Notes: generated by a model from the letters alone, not told the origin. DNA of 64,000 nt from Cladosporium halotolerans (GCF_011745625.1 NW_027191465.1:124001-188000), one strand, 5' to 3'; counted from the stretch's first letter, positions 36,650 to 49,505 are shown. Program-made: numbers and translations.

Positions 36650-38693
36650 ATGGACCATGCTGGCGATCTTTTAAAGCCTCCCTCCGAAGCAAAGACTCCC
36701 TCCGTATCTCCCGCGAAGAACCGAAGCCTCTCCGATCCTCCTACCGCCCTTGCACCTTCTCCCTCCTTCCACGAAAAGCTTCGGCGAGAAAGCAAAGACG
36801 ACAATGCCGTACCTACCACACCGAAAGCCACTCGGCGGCCCGACTTTCTCTCCCGCGGCTTAAGCCTGCAGATGCCCAGCCCCGCGCAGCTCTCAAGCGC
36901 CGCGCCGCTGAGTCCGCGGCTGGAACAAACGAATATCCATTCATACATGCAATTGCAAAGCCAAACCGGGAGCCCGGCGACGTCGCTCCCAAGGCACTCG
37001 CGAGGGCTTGACTTTTCCCGTGCTTCCACCAATCTGCATCACTCGACACTTGCAGAGCAGCGCGAGCCGGATTCTTCTCCAGTCACAACACAAAAGGCCA
37101 TGAACATACCCTCTCGCAAGATGTCGATCGGTTCGATGGCTCTTGAGTCGCCAGCAATATTCCCTGGAAGCAATTGGGGCTCGCTAGCACCCGAGCGCAG
37201 CACCGTCAGTAGCTCGGTGGGGAGCGTGAACATGCTTGGAAGTGACAGTGAAAGCAGTGACAGTGACGAGGACGCTAGCATGGCTGGTGATGACGACGAC
37301 CCAATTTATGCGACACCACAGGTTCACAAGCTCCAGAATCCGACCGCATCAACACCTTTCAGCGGTCCGCTCACACCAGGCGGCTCGACCTGGACAAGCG
37401 GACCTGCATTTTCGCCGGCGGCTCAAAGCCTCATGAAAACGATACGCAGGTCACGCCTCCACAGCAAAAATCCGAACCGGTCTCGAAAGCATTCGAGTAG
37501 TGCGAGCAATAGTGGCTACAGCTCAATGGCATCGCCTAGAGCCAATTCCCCGCCACCCATGAGAAGCATCGAGTCAGCAGGGGGTGGATATTTCGGTTGG
37601 AACAAAGCCACGCGAAGCCGACGTGAGAGCCTTGCCCTCGGGACCGATGGTCTGAACTTGTCGAGCGGAAACGATAGCGGAGACGAGGGTTCCGCTGCAG
37701 CCCCGGGCACCCCTGGCGTGATCCGTCGCGCCGTAACTCGCCGTGGCAACCTGTTACCGAAAACCAAAGGCTTCGCACGTGTGAGAGCTGCCTTGACAGA
37801 AGAGTCTCAGCCAGTGGACACTGAAATGAGGCGGGAGTCAGAGACTATCAGACAAGTGCGGGAGAGAGAACCAAGTGTCTCGGCTGACCTCGACTTGCAC
37901 AAGCATCGTCCTCAGACCGGGACCGCAGCCTCTTCGCCTAATCTGTTACCAGCAGTACCCGAGGCCGCACAGGAGGATTTCGGCCGCGATTTGGAAGGCG
38001 ACATCAGTCACAACGACAGGGGATTAGGCATGAACTTTGCCTTACACGCGCACCGCAACAGCGGTGGTACAGATTACTGGAATCGCTTTGACCCGTAAGT
38101 TCTAGTGACACATCCTCTTGTATGTGAGCATGAAGCTAACCGGCCATGACAGCTCAATGCGAACCCCACCCCCGCCCAACTTCAATAGACAAGGGAGTAG
38201 TCTCATGTCTGACATCAATATGGATTCGCCCCTGCCCTCAGAGAACGGCTATTCCATGAGAATGCGCGGCCGAGCGCAATCATCGGCCTCCGACGCTTCA
38301 GAAGCCTTTGGTCCGACGATTAGTAACAACAGCAACACGGCTACCTCTGCCATGACCGACGATATGCACCTTAACAAGTTTAAGCGTCGTCGTGACGATG
38401 ATTTTGACATCGCCACAGTGAAACGCAGAGCGGTTTCTCCAGGAATGAGCACACAGAACAGTCCTGTGCTGACACAGTCGCCTTCGCATCGCGATTCGAA
38501 TAGTGTTTGGGGCCAGCCGCCAGACAAGAAGAAAGAATCACTCACACAGGGTGGTAACAGCGACACGTCCCAGAGCTCACAGCAAGCAGGCTCATCACGT
38601 ACAGGAAGCGGGTCCGCCGCACCTGGAAAGAAGCTAGGGCTGCAGGGCATGGTAGACACCAATGATGGACTGATGAAAATGAGCATTGGGTAA
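36650..38693 (+). CDS. Ser/Pro-rich, largely disordered hypothetical protein (~661 aa, 2 exons)
   Basis: The long ORF is joined by intron 38095-38152 (GTAAGT...GCTAAC...CAG). Conserved-looking blocks: LPRHSRGLDFSRASTNLHHSTL, RRAVTRRGNLLPKTKGFARVRAAL, KRRRDDDFD..VKRRAVSPG. The start codon is uncertain. Confidence 0.85.
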
Positions 38694-39063
38694 TGTGGCC
38701 GAGGACAAGAGACTTTCTTGTTTTGATTTGCTGGTTCAGCGAGGAGCTCAGGGCGTTGTATAATGGAGCCTTTACACGCTCGGGTGTTTTATTCCCAATT
38801 TTGAAATAGCGTGAACATTTATGAATGGAGTGCCACTGACCATATTTCATTCTCGTCTACAAAATCTCAGCCCTTACTTCTTTCGAGTGCTTCACATTGT
38901 CAATCTTCGAAGATACTTGTTCACGATGCTGCCTCAGGCACACAACCCGCCCGACCTTCCGCATCCCCACACGAGCAACATCACCTCCAACATCCCACCA
39001 TACCATTGGGGGGAATGCTTCTCTTTTCCTAGAATTTCAAATACCAAACCAATCGCATTAGCA

Positions 39064-40146
39064 ATGGCTTCAAAGCAAGCATCAGTCGCTTCGTTTGTCG
39101 AATCGGCGCCGCCTGGAGAGGTTGGTAGGATGGACCTTTCCACACAACCAAGACTCGAGCTGACGTATGCAGCTCTCGAATGTTGTGGCTGGTGGGTAAC
39201 GACTAGACCGGTCGTCTCAAAGATTGGTCGTTGAACGATTATCCAGATATCAAAGCTCTGGCTGGCAACGATGCAAGCCTGCTGCAGTCCCTCGAGCCGG
39301 CATTCAGAAAGTACAATGAAGAGCAGTACGCTACTGTGAAGCTGCCTGGCAGCAGCGAGGCGGTACGTCTGGCACAAACGTGTATCCAGTTGCTGTGCTA
39401 AAGGCTGCCAGGTGATCGTCAGTGAGCACAACTCCATGGGAGACAACCGATACTTCGACACTGCCAGCCAGACCTCTTTCCAGGTGGAACACTCCTCCCA
39501 GGTAACTTCTACCGCCGACTCCTACACTCTTCAATGCTCCGACTAACCATGATCAGACCGCCTCTGCAGTCCAGCAGCATCCACTCGAATCCTCCAACGC
39601 CGATCTCATTCGCTCTCTTCAAAAGTCATTTTCAAAAGCCGCCGCCGAGCACTTCCCGTCCTCCGTCGTTGGCATCTACCCCACATCCTCAGACAGTGAC
39701 ATCGCCATCCTGCTCGTCGCAAATAAATACTCTCCTCAGAACTTTTGGAATGGCCGCTGGCGTTCCACCTACACCCTCTCGCCTTCGTCTGGTGGATTGA
39801 AAGGTGCGATCAAGGTTGATGTGCACTACTACGAGGATGGCAACGTCAGGATGAGCACGAGCAAGGACGTTGACGTCTCGAACGCTAGTGGCGCGGATGC
39901 TGTCGTCAGGGAGATTGCAAAGGCAGAGAATAAGTTCCAGGAAGAGCTGAACAGGGCTTTCGTGCAGCTGTCTGAGGGAAGCTTTAAGGGGCTGAGGAGA
40001 CAGCTCCCTGTCACGAGACAGAGGGTTGAGTGGGAGAAGATCGGCGGATACAGAGTAAGCCTTGACACCTCCCAACATGCGTACACCGAGAGTGCTGACA
40101 TGATCTTCAGCTTGGACAAGACATTGGTGGTGGCCGGTCGAAGTAG
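39064..40146 (+). CDS. CAP1: F-actin capping protein alpha subunit (~271 aa, 6 exons)
   Basis: SAPPGE; KYNEEQ; NKYSPQNFWNGRWRS; IKVDVHYYEDGNVR; FKGLRRQLPVTRQRVEWEKIGGYR|LG. Introns 39121-39172, 39192-39246, 39363-39411, 39502-39556 and 40055-40110. Confidence 0.96.
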
Positions 40147-40739
40147 GACGGTCATATATGTGGACAGTGAGGCAGTTGATTCAAGACAGAGGAGGCATTT
40201 TAGCATGGATGGCGAGGGATCGAGATATCACATGCATCTCGTGACCACCACAAGCAAAGTATTCAAAACGAGTCCACGATCTTCCCCTTCCCCTTTCCCT
40301 GATTCACCAACTTGCAGACAATGTTCCTGCCGCGCCCAGTGGGTTGTGAAGGTGGAACTTGACAGTATCTTGACCTTTATGTGAACGACTTGAAGCGCTC
40401 CATACCTACCTTCACTGAGCTTGGGCTCCCTCCCTTTGAACCTGCAGACGGCCGCATACAGCACGCGGGAGTGCGCGCCCGCTCCCCGTTTGCCTGCTAC
40501 TCCGTTTGGTCTTGGCGTCGCGGTTACCTCACCGGTTGCCTGCTCGCTTTTCCCAAACCGCATCCCTTCGCGACCGAGACTGGCCTCTCAACGCAAGACG
40601 CGCTTCAACCCGGATACACTGCTACTCGGTTACCGTTAAGGGTGGGCATCTCTGTACCCGAACCATCGCAGCCAACCACCGCTTTGTTCCACGCCTTGCA
40701 CAAGAGAGTGCGCAATATCAGCGGCGGCCGCCTTGCACA

Positions 40740-43700
40740 ATGACCAGGCGCAAACCGCAGCACCGCGGCGGTCGCTCAGGGGATTCTCGCGATGACAGTA
40801 ACGGCGCCGCAAACCCACCTGAGAGGAAGAAGCCATGTTTCGCTTACGCGAGAGGCAAGTGCAAGCAAGGAGATGAATGCAAGTACTCGCACGAGGCTTC
40901 TGTGATCGAGACGCACAAGAAGAATGGACCCTTCGACTCCACTGCGCACACCAAGTTTGTCCAATGGCGCTTCGACATCAAAAAAGATCAGCGCGAGATC
41001 CAACGGGCCCAACCTCTCGGCAGAAGATTTGGAGAATTCATTCAAGAAGCGCTCCGTCTGGTGAACACTGATCAGGGGACCATGCAGGAGGTCATCACTT
41101 CGCTTTCCAGTGATGGCGGCCTTGCGCGACTCGGAGAACTCCTCAACGCGGATTTCACTTTGCTGACCGACGACGCTCTTGGCACGGTTTTTAAGGATCA
41201 GCTTCTACCTTTCCTGCGAATTATCTCGCATGACGACGTTCTGTCCTCTCAGGTTCTCGAGGGACGCCATGCGACGCTTTGCAACTACCTTTATGGCGTC
41301 AATGGGAAGCGTTCGGTCAATCTTTTCCGTGCGGCCACGAGGAGCTTGACCCTCGTAGACGAAATCTCGGCTGACATTGAACCTTGCTTGATCGCCATGT
41401 CTGTTGTTGTCGAGGTGAATGGCTCTGCTCATGTCAATGATGATCTGCGCTCAGCTGCAGAAACCTTGATCGCGCTCAACGGCCAGCGGGCGCTTACAGG
41501 AAATCCCCTGAGGTACCTCAAGAAGATGCAATTGCGCCTCGGTCTAGGCGTTCAAATTGAGTTTGCTGAGGACAAACCCAAGGACAGGCAAAAGCTCAAG
41601 CCGACTTCTCATTTTGAAGTTCCCGTCGATCAACCTGGCAGTCTGTCTATTCGTGGACCAAGACACGACAATGATTTTGAAAACATTGCCGATATTCAGA
41701 TCTTGCCTACCATCGACGAGATCATGGGAGACCGTGCTGAGTATCTTCCGCGAAGTGAGCCCTCGAGCTGGCATCTACAAGGTGTCGCTGGCCTTCTCGA
41801 TAGACAGTTCCGACTTGTGCGCGAAGACACCGTAGGGCAGCTACGGGACGCGGCAAAGTTCGAGCTCAGTCGTATGCAGTCCTCAGGCTTGAGACCTGTT
41901 GCGACGAAGCCGTCAGCCGCGCGTACTCATGTATACCACAATGTTCGCCTTGTCGATGCCGTTTTTGAAGACCGTCGCGGTCTTTTGTGTGTGCTCGAAT
42001 TCGATCAACCGCGACAGCTCCACCATATAAGCAACGTCAAAGATCGCAGGCACTGGTGGGAGGACTCAAAAAGACTGGGCGCAGAAGCCCTCATCACACT
42101 GCTCGGTCCTGAAGGGTTCGCTGTCTTCATGACTGTTGCAAACGAGACACTTCAACCCATGCAGGGAGGAAAAGGAAAATCGAAGATTGAACGACCTATC
42201 GAGGATCGCTATTCGCGCTTCGCAAACCCTCATGTCGCCCATGTCGTTGTACAGCTTGTCAGCCATACCGAAGAGGATATTGACAATTTGCTCTTCCGCT
42301 TGGGCCTTGGTATCGGACAGTCCGGTGTCAAGCGTTCTTTCTCGTTGCTGGAATTCCCAGGAGTCTTACTACCTACGTTTCAACACACTCTCACAGCATT
42401 GCAGCAGATGTCCGAGTCGTTGGACCTGCCGTTCTCTGAAGTGCTCGCACCGACCGATGGCATTTCGGACAGCGCGGGGATCGACAAGCCTGCGTACACC
42501 AAAAAAAATGACTTCCGTTTCAATATGTCCGCACTCTCCACCGATAATCAAGCGTTTGAGCTGGATGTCAACGCTCCAGACGATGCAGCTACGATCAGCG
42601 CTAAGACTCGTCTGGATGTCGCGCAGGCCGAAGCCGTGATCTCCACACTTTCTCGATCAATGTCGCTTATCCAGGGTCCACCCGGCACAGGAAAGAGTTA
42701 CACAGGTGTCGCTTTGATGGAAGTTCTCCTCGCCAACAATGCGAAAGCCAAGTTGGGCCCGGTCCTCTGTGTCACTTTCACAAACCATGCCCTCGACCAA
42801 ATTCTGGAACATCTCCTTGACGCTGGTCTAAGTCAGATCATCCGCATCGGCTCCCGGTCCAAGAGTGAGGTCCTAGCTCCTTTGAACCTCCGACTTGTTG
42901 CTCAGAAGCATGACATGACCAAGCTAGAGCAACGTGAGCGTTTCACGCACAAGGATAATATTGCTGCCAACGCCTCGACAATTAAGAGCACCCTCGATAG
43001 ATGGCGCCACGCGTTCTCCCATCAATCCATCTTCGCTTTCCTCGAACAGAAGCACCCTTCTGTGGCTAGACAACTCTCCGGGCCCAAGATCGACGACGAC
43101 GGCTTCGAAACCGTCGAATCAAGACAGAAAGGCAAGGGATTGAAGGCATGGCTCAGCGGCGATTCTCATCAGCCAGTGCGGGTGCACGAAGATGACGAGA
43201 CCGACATTTTCTCGTTGCGTAATGCAGCCCGCCAGCGGTTGTATACAGATTGGAAAGAGGAGATCGCCAACCCAGTCCAAAGGGAGCTAATCGCTAGCAT
43301 CAGAGGGTTTGAAGAGGCAAAAGCTGGACTTGATCGAGTCCGGTCTGAAGTTGATCTTCACGTCCTATCTGCCGCCAATGTCATTGGTGTGACCACCTCT
43401 GGCCTAGCCCGCAACATCAACCTTCTAAGGCGGCTCAATTCGAAAGTTCTGCTAGTTGAGGAAGCCGGCGAGGTCTTGGAAGCACACTTGCTTACGGCTA
43501 TGCTTCCCTCGATCGAGCACGCCATACTGATTGGTGATCATCAGCAACTCAGGCCGAAAGCGCAGAATTACGAGCTGTCCTGCGAGAATCCTCGCTCCCA
43601 GACGAAGATGGACGTTTCGCTCTTCGAGCGTCTCGTGGCACCACAGGAACACGGCGCCCATCCTCTCCCGTTCGTCACACTGGAGACCCAACGTCGCATG

Positions 43701-46596
43701 CATCCTTCTATTTCTGAATTGATCCGATCCACCTTGTATCCCAACCTGAAAGATGACCCGAGCGTCTCCGACTATCCACAAGTCAGCGGCATGCGGCAGA
43801 GGCTTTTCTGGCTTGATCATGACAACCCAGAGGATGGTGAGGCGGAGCAAACTGAATCGACCTCCCACACGAATCAATTCGAAGTCGACATGGTGTTTTC
43901 ACTGGTCAGGCACTTGGTTCGGCAAGGTGTATACAGAGCTTCCGATATTGCGGTCTTGACACCATACCTAGGCCAGCTCCGGAAGCTACGCAGGGCATTG
44001 GGTGACTTCGCTGAAGTCATCATCAACGACAGAGACATCGATCAGCTAGCTCTTGAAGGAGAAGACGAGACTGAAGAAGAACGCGAATTGAGAGCAGCTG
44101 CGGAAAAGAGCGCCCCGCCACGTCTAGAAGTGACGAGGAGCAATCTGCTCCAGGCACTTCGGTTGGCCACAGTCGACAACTTCCAAGGTGAAGAGGCCAA
44201 GGTTGTGATCATTTCGCTCGTGCGGTGTAACCAAGAACACAAGTGCGGGTTCCTCAAAACTTCGAATCGTATCAACGTTCTGCTTTCTCGCGCACAACAT
44301 GGAATGTACATCATCGGCAACACGGAGACCTCAGCGCATGTACCCATGTGGGGCGATGTCATGGACATTCTGAAGAGAGACGGGAACCTCGGGAAATCAT
44401 TTGAGCTATGCTGCCCTCGTCATCCCGACACGCCGCTCAAAGTCACTCTCCCAGATGACTTCGCAACGGTTTCGCCCGAGGCTGGATGCGATCTTCTCTG
44501 CGGACAGCGCCTTCCTTGTGGCCATGCCTGTATCAACAAATGTCATTCGGAAGGCCTCCACAAGGCTGTGTACTGCACGAAGCCTTGTAATAGAGCCAAA
44601 GACGGTTGCGAGCACAACTGTCCGTACGAATGCGGTCGTCAGTGTGATGCTCTCTACGGCGTCGAGATCTCCAACATCGACGTCGAGCTGGTTTGCGGTC
44701 ACCATGCCGACAGATTGCCGTGCTGGCAGTATCAAGATCCGACAAAGGTGCAATGCCAGGTACTCGTCGACCGGACCGTTCCTGGGTGTGGCCACAAAGT
44801 TGCTGTTGCGTGCCACATCGACATCGCAAGCCCCCTTTTCAAATGTCCCGCCGATTGCGGCTCTTTGCGCGCTTGCGGACACTCTTGTAAGCGTAGATGC
44901 AAGGACTGCTGCGAGCGCGAAGGAGATAAGATCGTAAACGAGGACCACGGCGTCTGCAAACAGGAATGTGGGCGCGCTTTCACCAATTGCAAGCACGCTT
45001 GCCTTGCTCGCTGCCATCCTGAGCAGGCTGACTGCTCTCCGTGCACAGAGCCCTGCGACGTTCAGTGCAGCCACACCAGATGCACGAAGATGTGCTCGGA
45101 GCCTTGCACTCCCTGCGCCGAGGAAGTTTGCGCCTCTTCTTGTCCTCACACAGCATGCAGCATGCCATGTGCCGCTCCCTGCGACTGGGTGCCTTGCTCG
45201 AAGCGCTGCACCAAGACTCTGTACTGCGGCCACCAATGTCCGTCCATCTGCGGTGCCGACTGCCCTGGAGAAAGTTACTGTCAGCTCTGTGCTTCAGATG
45301 AGGTGAAGAGCATCCGCGCTGACCTCTTGATGATGAGCACATACGGCGAGGTCGACCTCGAGGAGTCTCCGTGCGTCTTTCTGCCCTGTGGCCATATATT
45401 CACTCTTGAGAGTATCGATGGTGCCATGCGCATGAGGGATCACTACACCTTGGACGAGAACGGTATGCCTTCTGAGATCAAAGGCAACTCCGAGCCCTTC
45501 TCCTCTAAGGAGATGAAGAACTGCCCTGATTGCCGCGCATCGCTTCGTCTAGTCTCTCGCTACGGCCGCATCGTTCGTCGCGCTCTGCTGGATGAATCAA
45601 CGAAGAAATTCATCGTCTGGTCCAGCGCCGCATACCGCGGCTATGCGGAGAACATGAAGGGCATCCAGGAGCGCTTACTCGAGTCGAAGGGAACCTTCAC
45701 TCTGCCACCTGGCACCGTAGAGCTTCGCTCGACCTCTCACGTCCGTCATATTCAGAAGTTGCACGGTCTCAACAAGCGTTATCGCGAATTGGCTTTTCTA
45801 CGTACGCGCCTGGCCAGCTTCGCGCAGAAGACCGAGGCTGAAGAGCAGCCGTACAGACGCGTCCACGACATCGTCGAGACCGCGCGCCGTCGCAGACTGC
45901 AAGAATGCCAGCCGAAGATGGAGGCTTTCAACTTCGACCAAACCATCATCCAAACGCGCAGCTCCCTGCTCGCCGCCGCGCTGACGATCAGATGCGAGCT
46001 GGTCGCTGTCGCCGACTTCATCTCTGTCTTCCAAGAGCAGTCCAAGCCCGGCGTCCGCTCACTGCAAGTCGACTTCGAGCAAGACCGCGATCGCTGCGAC
46101 GAGCTGATCCACGCCGCCAAAACCGCAACGAGCATCCTCCAGGAAACCGAAGGCCACATCTCCTGGGCGCACTTCGCGGCCCTCGAACGCGGCGTCATGG
46201 AAAGCGTCTCGTACGCCGCCGACGCCAAACTCGAAGGAGCCAAACTGCTCGCCGACGCGCACCTCGATACGGCCGACGAGCTCTGCAAGAAGTACCCTGG
46301 CCAGACAGCCAGCGTGGCACGAAGTCCCCGAAACGCGTCGCGTCCTCCACGAGGCGGGCTACCACAGCCAGATCCGCATGGTCGTTGCCGCTATGGCTGG
46401 CGAGCTGAGAGAGACAGGGCACTGGTATACTTGTGCCAACGGGCATCCGTTTGCGGTTGGCGAGTGCGGGATGCCGATGGAGGAGGCGAGGTGCCCGGCG
46501 TGCAATGCGCCGATTGGTGGGAGGTCTCATGAGCCGGCTGCGGGCGTGCAGCGTGCTGAGGAGATTGAGAGGGAGTTTGGGAATTTGATGGTTTGA
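40740..46596 (+). CDS. ZNFX1-like protein: CCCH finger, UPF1-like SF1B helicase, NF-X1 zinc fingers, RING-like region and C-terminal RZ finger; frameshift near 46320 (possible pseudogene or assembly error)
   Basis: CFAYARGKCKQGDECKYSH; RHDNDF..IADIQILPT; LIQGPPGTGKSY (Walker A); LVEEAGEV; LIGDHQQLRP; SLFERL; ETQRRMHP; TVDNFQGEE; NRINVLLSRA; many C-x-CGH-x-C repeats; CVFLPCGH...CPDCR. GHWYTCANGHPFAVGECGMPMEEARCPACNAPIGG lies in the +1 frame. Confidence 0.9.
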
Positions 46597-48580
46597 TGGA
46601 TTGGGGCGTTGCGAGAGGTTCGCTTGCTTGTGATACTCGATGGGACATGATCGACTTGCTTTTTGATTGGAACTGATTGGGAGGGAGACCGCGATGCTTG
46701 TGCGCGACAAAGTCGCTTGACTCTAGCTCATCAATGAATGCGCTGCTGTCTCGAACGAGCCATCCCATTGCGCTCTCACTGTCCAACCTTGCCCCTGACC
46801 CAGCGCGTCTTCACAACGCGCCACAGTTCTTCCTCCATCATACAGGCTCACCAGATTCTTGCGGCCTTCACGGCTGCAATTAGTCATCGACCTAGCCGTA
46901 ACACTGTGTCGAAGCCCACCGAGTGCACATCAGACCCTAAGACACTCCCCAACCAACCTCACTTCTCTAACCAGCGCTCAAATCCCATCAACGACCACAG
47001 AGGAACAACGTTCCTCATCTACGCACCCAGTACCGCTACGTACCAGCACAAATTTCCCCTCCGCTCAGCCAACCCTCACGCCATCCATCCCCAAGACGAT
47101 GATGTCAAATCCCACACCCCGTATCGCTCTCCTTTGCCCGGCGCATCTTGACATCAAACGATATCAAACCCAACCCCTCCTTATCGCAACGCATACACGT
47201 ATTCTCCAGGCAGCACACATCTCCCCGCCGTAACTTCCCATCAATCCCCCCCTCCCGTCCCACATCTACAAAGGTACACGCGCCATCGGCAAATCTCTGC
47301 GCACGAGGCCATCCTCTGTACGTCCATGTACAACACAGCCACACACGCACCGGACAGCGACGATCGCTAGGGCAGAGGGCGGGCGCGGATCTGCAGGCAC
47401 GGCCATGTGGTCTTGGCCCTCTTTTTTTTTTTCTCGTTGTTTGGGTTTTTCTTCACGCGAACGGTACGGTACGGTGCGGTACGGTGGGAATGGTACTTGG
47501 GGAGTAGATGTTTGGTACGCAGGAGGAGGCTCCGGTGGGAGGTTCCGGACGGTAGGTCAGGTCGGGTCGGGTCATGTGCGCGGTTTGGGGATTTCGCAAG
47601 TTTGGCTTCTGATGAAGCCTGCGGATGCGAGGAGGTGTATGTTGAGGATGGGGATGCGGGCGCTGGGATCAAGACTGGGTGCGATGGGGATTGAGCGGTG
47701 GGAGAAGGACGATGTGGGATTGGAGGTTGAGGGATGGAGGTGGTGAGGGGCTTTCTCGAGATGCGAGGGGTGATTGATATCTGGAGTGTTCGAGGAGAGG
47801 TGGAGCAGCGTTGATGTTGTCTGTAGTGGTTGAATGGGAGTGCGAGCGCCAATGGCGGTCTTTCGAGCGGACTTGTCAGAGCGTAAAGCAGTCGCTATCG
47901 CGTTCTTTGTACACTGCTGTTGCATCACTACTTACCGTCGGATTGGACGCCCGCAGTCCAACCGGACGCAACGCAAAAGTACATACCGTCGAGAACACCA
48001 AGCGCACAATCCACGCAGCCCACGCTTCGGTTCGCACGCAGGAACATCATACACATTTGAGACATAGGCGAAGTGCGCAACCCCCGGTCACTCGTCGAAT
48101 GCTGCAGTTGAGCGCGATCGCATGCATACAGATAAGGAGAGAGAGATCCTGTGCCCTCGAAGGATGCGTTGAGGCCGCACGAACTTGAGGGGTTGGCGTT
48201 TCGATTAGATTGGCAGAGGTGGAGGGTGTTCTAGATTTGCTGGGTCTTTTTTTTGTGGTCGATGGGACTAATGGTAAGTTTCTGTCGATTGAGGGTAGGG
48301 TGGGAAGAACGTGATGGAGTGGATTGAGGTGTAGTCAGGCGGACCATTGGATGGATAGTATGTCATTGGCCGGGAGCAAGATTGCTCTCAAGTCGATCAT
48401 CGATCGATGGACGAATGGACAGGTGGGAAAAATGTTCAAGAACCAGTTCGAGACCGCAAACCCGTCGGCCAACTGTCGGCGCGACACTACTCAGATCGGA
48501 CAATCGAAGCTACGTACGTCAGGCGAGACACCAGTCCAGCGACCAGGCGAGTGGGTGACGCCGATGCGAGACTCCGTTTC

Positions 48581-48612
48581 CCACCACCACCACCACCACC
48601 ACCACCACCACC
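48581..48612. repeat. (CCA)10 microsatellite
   Basis: ccaccaccacc... read directly; intergenic. Confidence 0.9.
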
Positions 48613-49102
48613 TCAAAACGCTTGCACGTACACAAAAACAAACTCGCCAACGGTCGCGCGAAAAGCCGCTTTGCCATTCGGCGGGACGAGCTCCGAGCGA
48701 ACGGGAATTGGGAAGGGGAGTAGTGCGGACGTTCGCTCGCTCGCCGCGCGCGGTGGAGACCAGACTTTCAGGCCGTCGCAGTCCCGCTGCGTTCTGGACT
48801 TTGAAAGACCGGCGGGGCGGACAGGGTGTGGAATTCTTTCTCTGAGTTTTGCAGATCGTCGCGCGCGCGAAGAGCACGCGGCGGGTGGCTCGAAGTGGAA
48901 ATCGCAGATCGTACAGAGTGGTTCTTGGTTTTACGAGGGGCTGCTAGGGTGCGAATCATTGCACGGTGGGGAACGCGAGTGAGCCGTACGGGAAACGAGA
49001 CCTGTTCTCTCCGGCTTCTGACAGATTGCGATGGCGGCTGACAGCACGCGGGTGTCGGAGTTGTTCTACGTTTCCGGCTGATGGAGCGAGCGAGTCGCGG
49101 TG

Positions 49103-49126
49103 GCAGCAGCAGCAGCAGCAGCAGCA
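49103..49126. repeat. (GCA)8 microsatellite
   Basis: Read directly. Confidence 0.85.
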
Positions 49127-49454
49127 AGTGAGGCAGCGTCAGAGGCCGGTGGAGCCGTTCATTATTCGTGCCGTTGAAGTTCGGTTCGCGTGGGCATCCT
49201 TCGCTTGCTCTGAGCTCCGATGGCCCACGCGGGCGGACATGGAGGTCAGACGAAGAAGTCGCCGAGCCGGCACGACCTGCTGGGCCCGATCGCGAGCGCG
49301 AGATGGGCCCCGGGAGGCGGGCGCGAGGGCCCTACGGCGCTACGGCTCCAGCTGCTACGCTACCTAGTACAGTACAGCACCCTACCAAGGTTCGCACCAG
49401 GGGTCGCGCGTGGCAGTCAGATCCGGTTTCAGTGCCAGGCGAGCGGCGGTGGTT

Positions 49455-49505
49455 TGGGCGTGGTGTGCATGGGCGTAATGTGCATGGGCGTGGTGTGCAT
49501 GGGCG
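49455..49505. repeat. 15-bp tandem repeat, ~3.4 copies (TGGGCGTRRTGTGCA)
   Basis: TGGGCGTGGTGTGCA / TGGGCGTAATGTGCA / TGGGCGTGGTGTGCA / TGGGCG. Confidence 0.9.

Noticed and set aside
40506..40739. 78-codon in-frame extension upstream of the ZNFX1-like ATG
   Set aside because: It starts at TTG (a bacterial-style call in the ORF track); ATG 40740 has a good context (CACAATG) and the extension has no motif.
49455..49505. Direct repeats as a CRISPR-like array
   Set aside because: Head-to-tail repeats without spacers in eukaryotic DNA; no cas genes.
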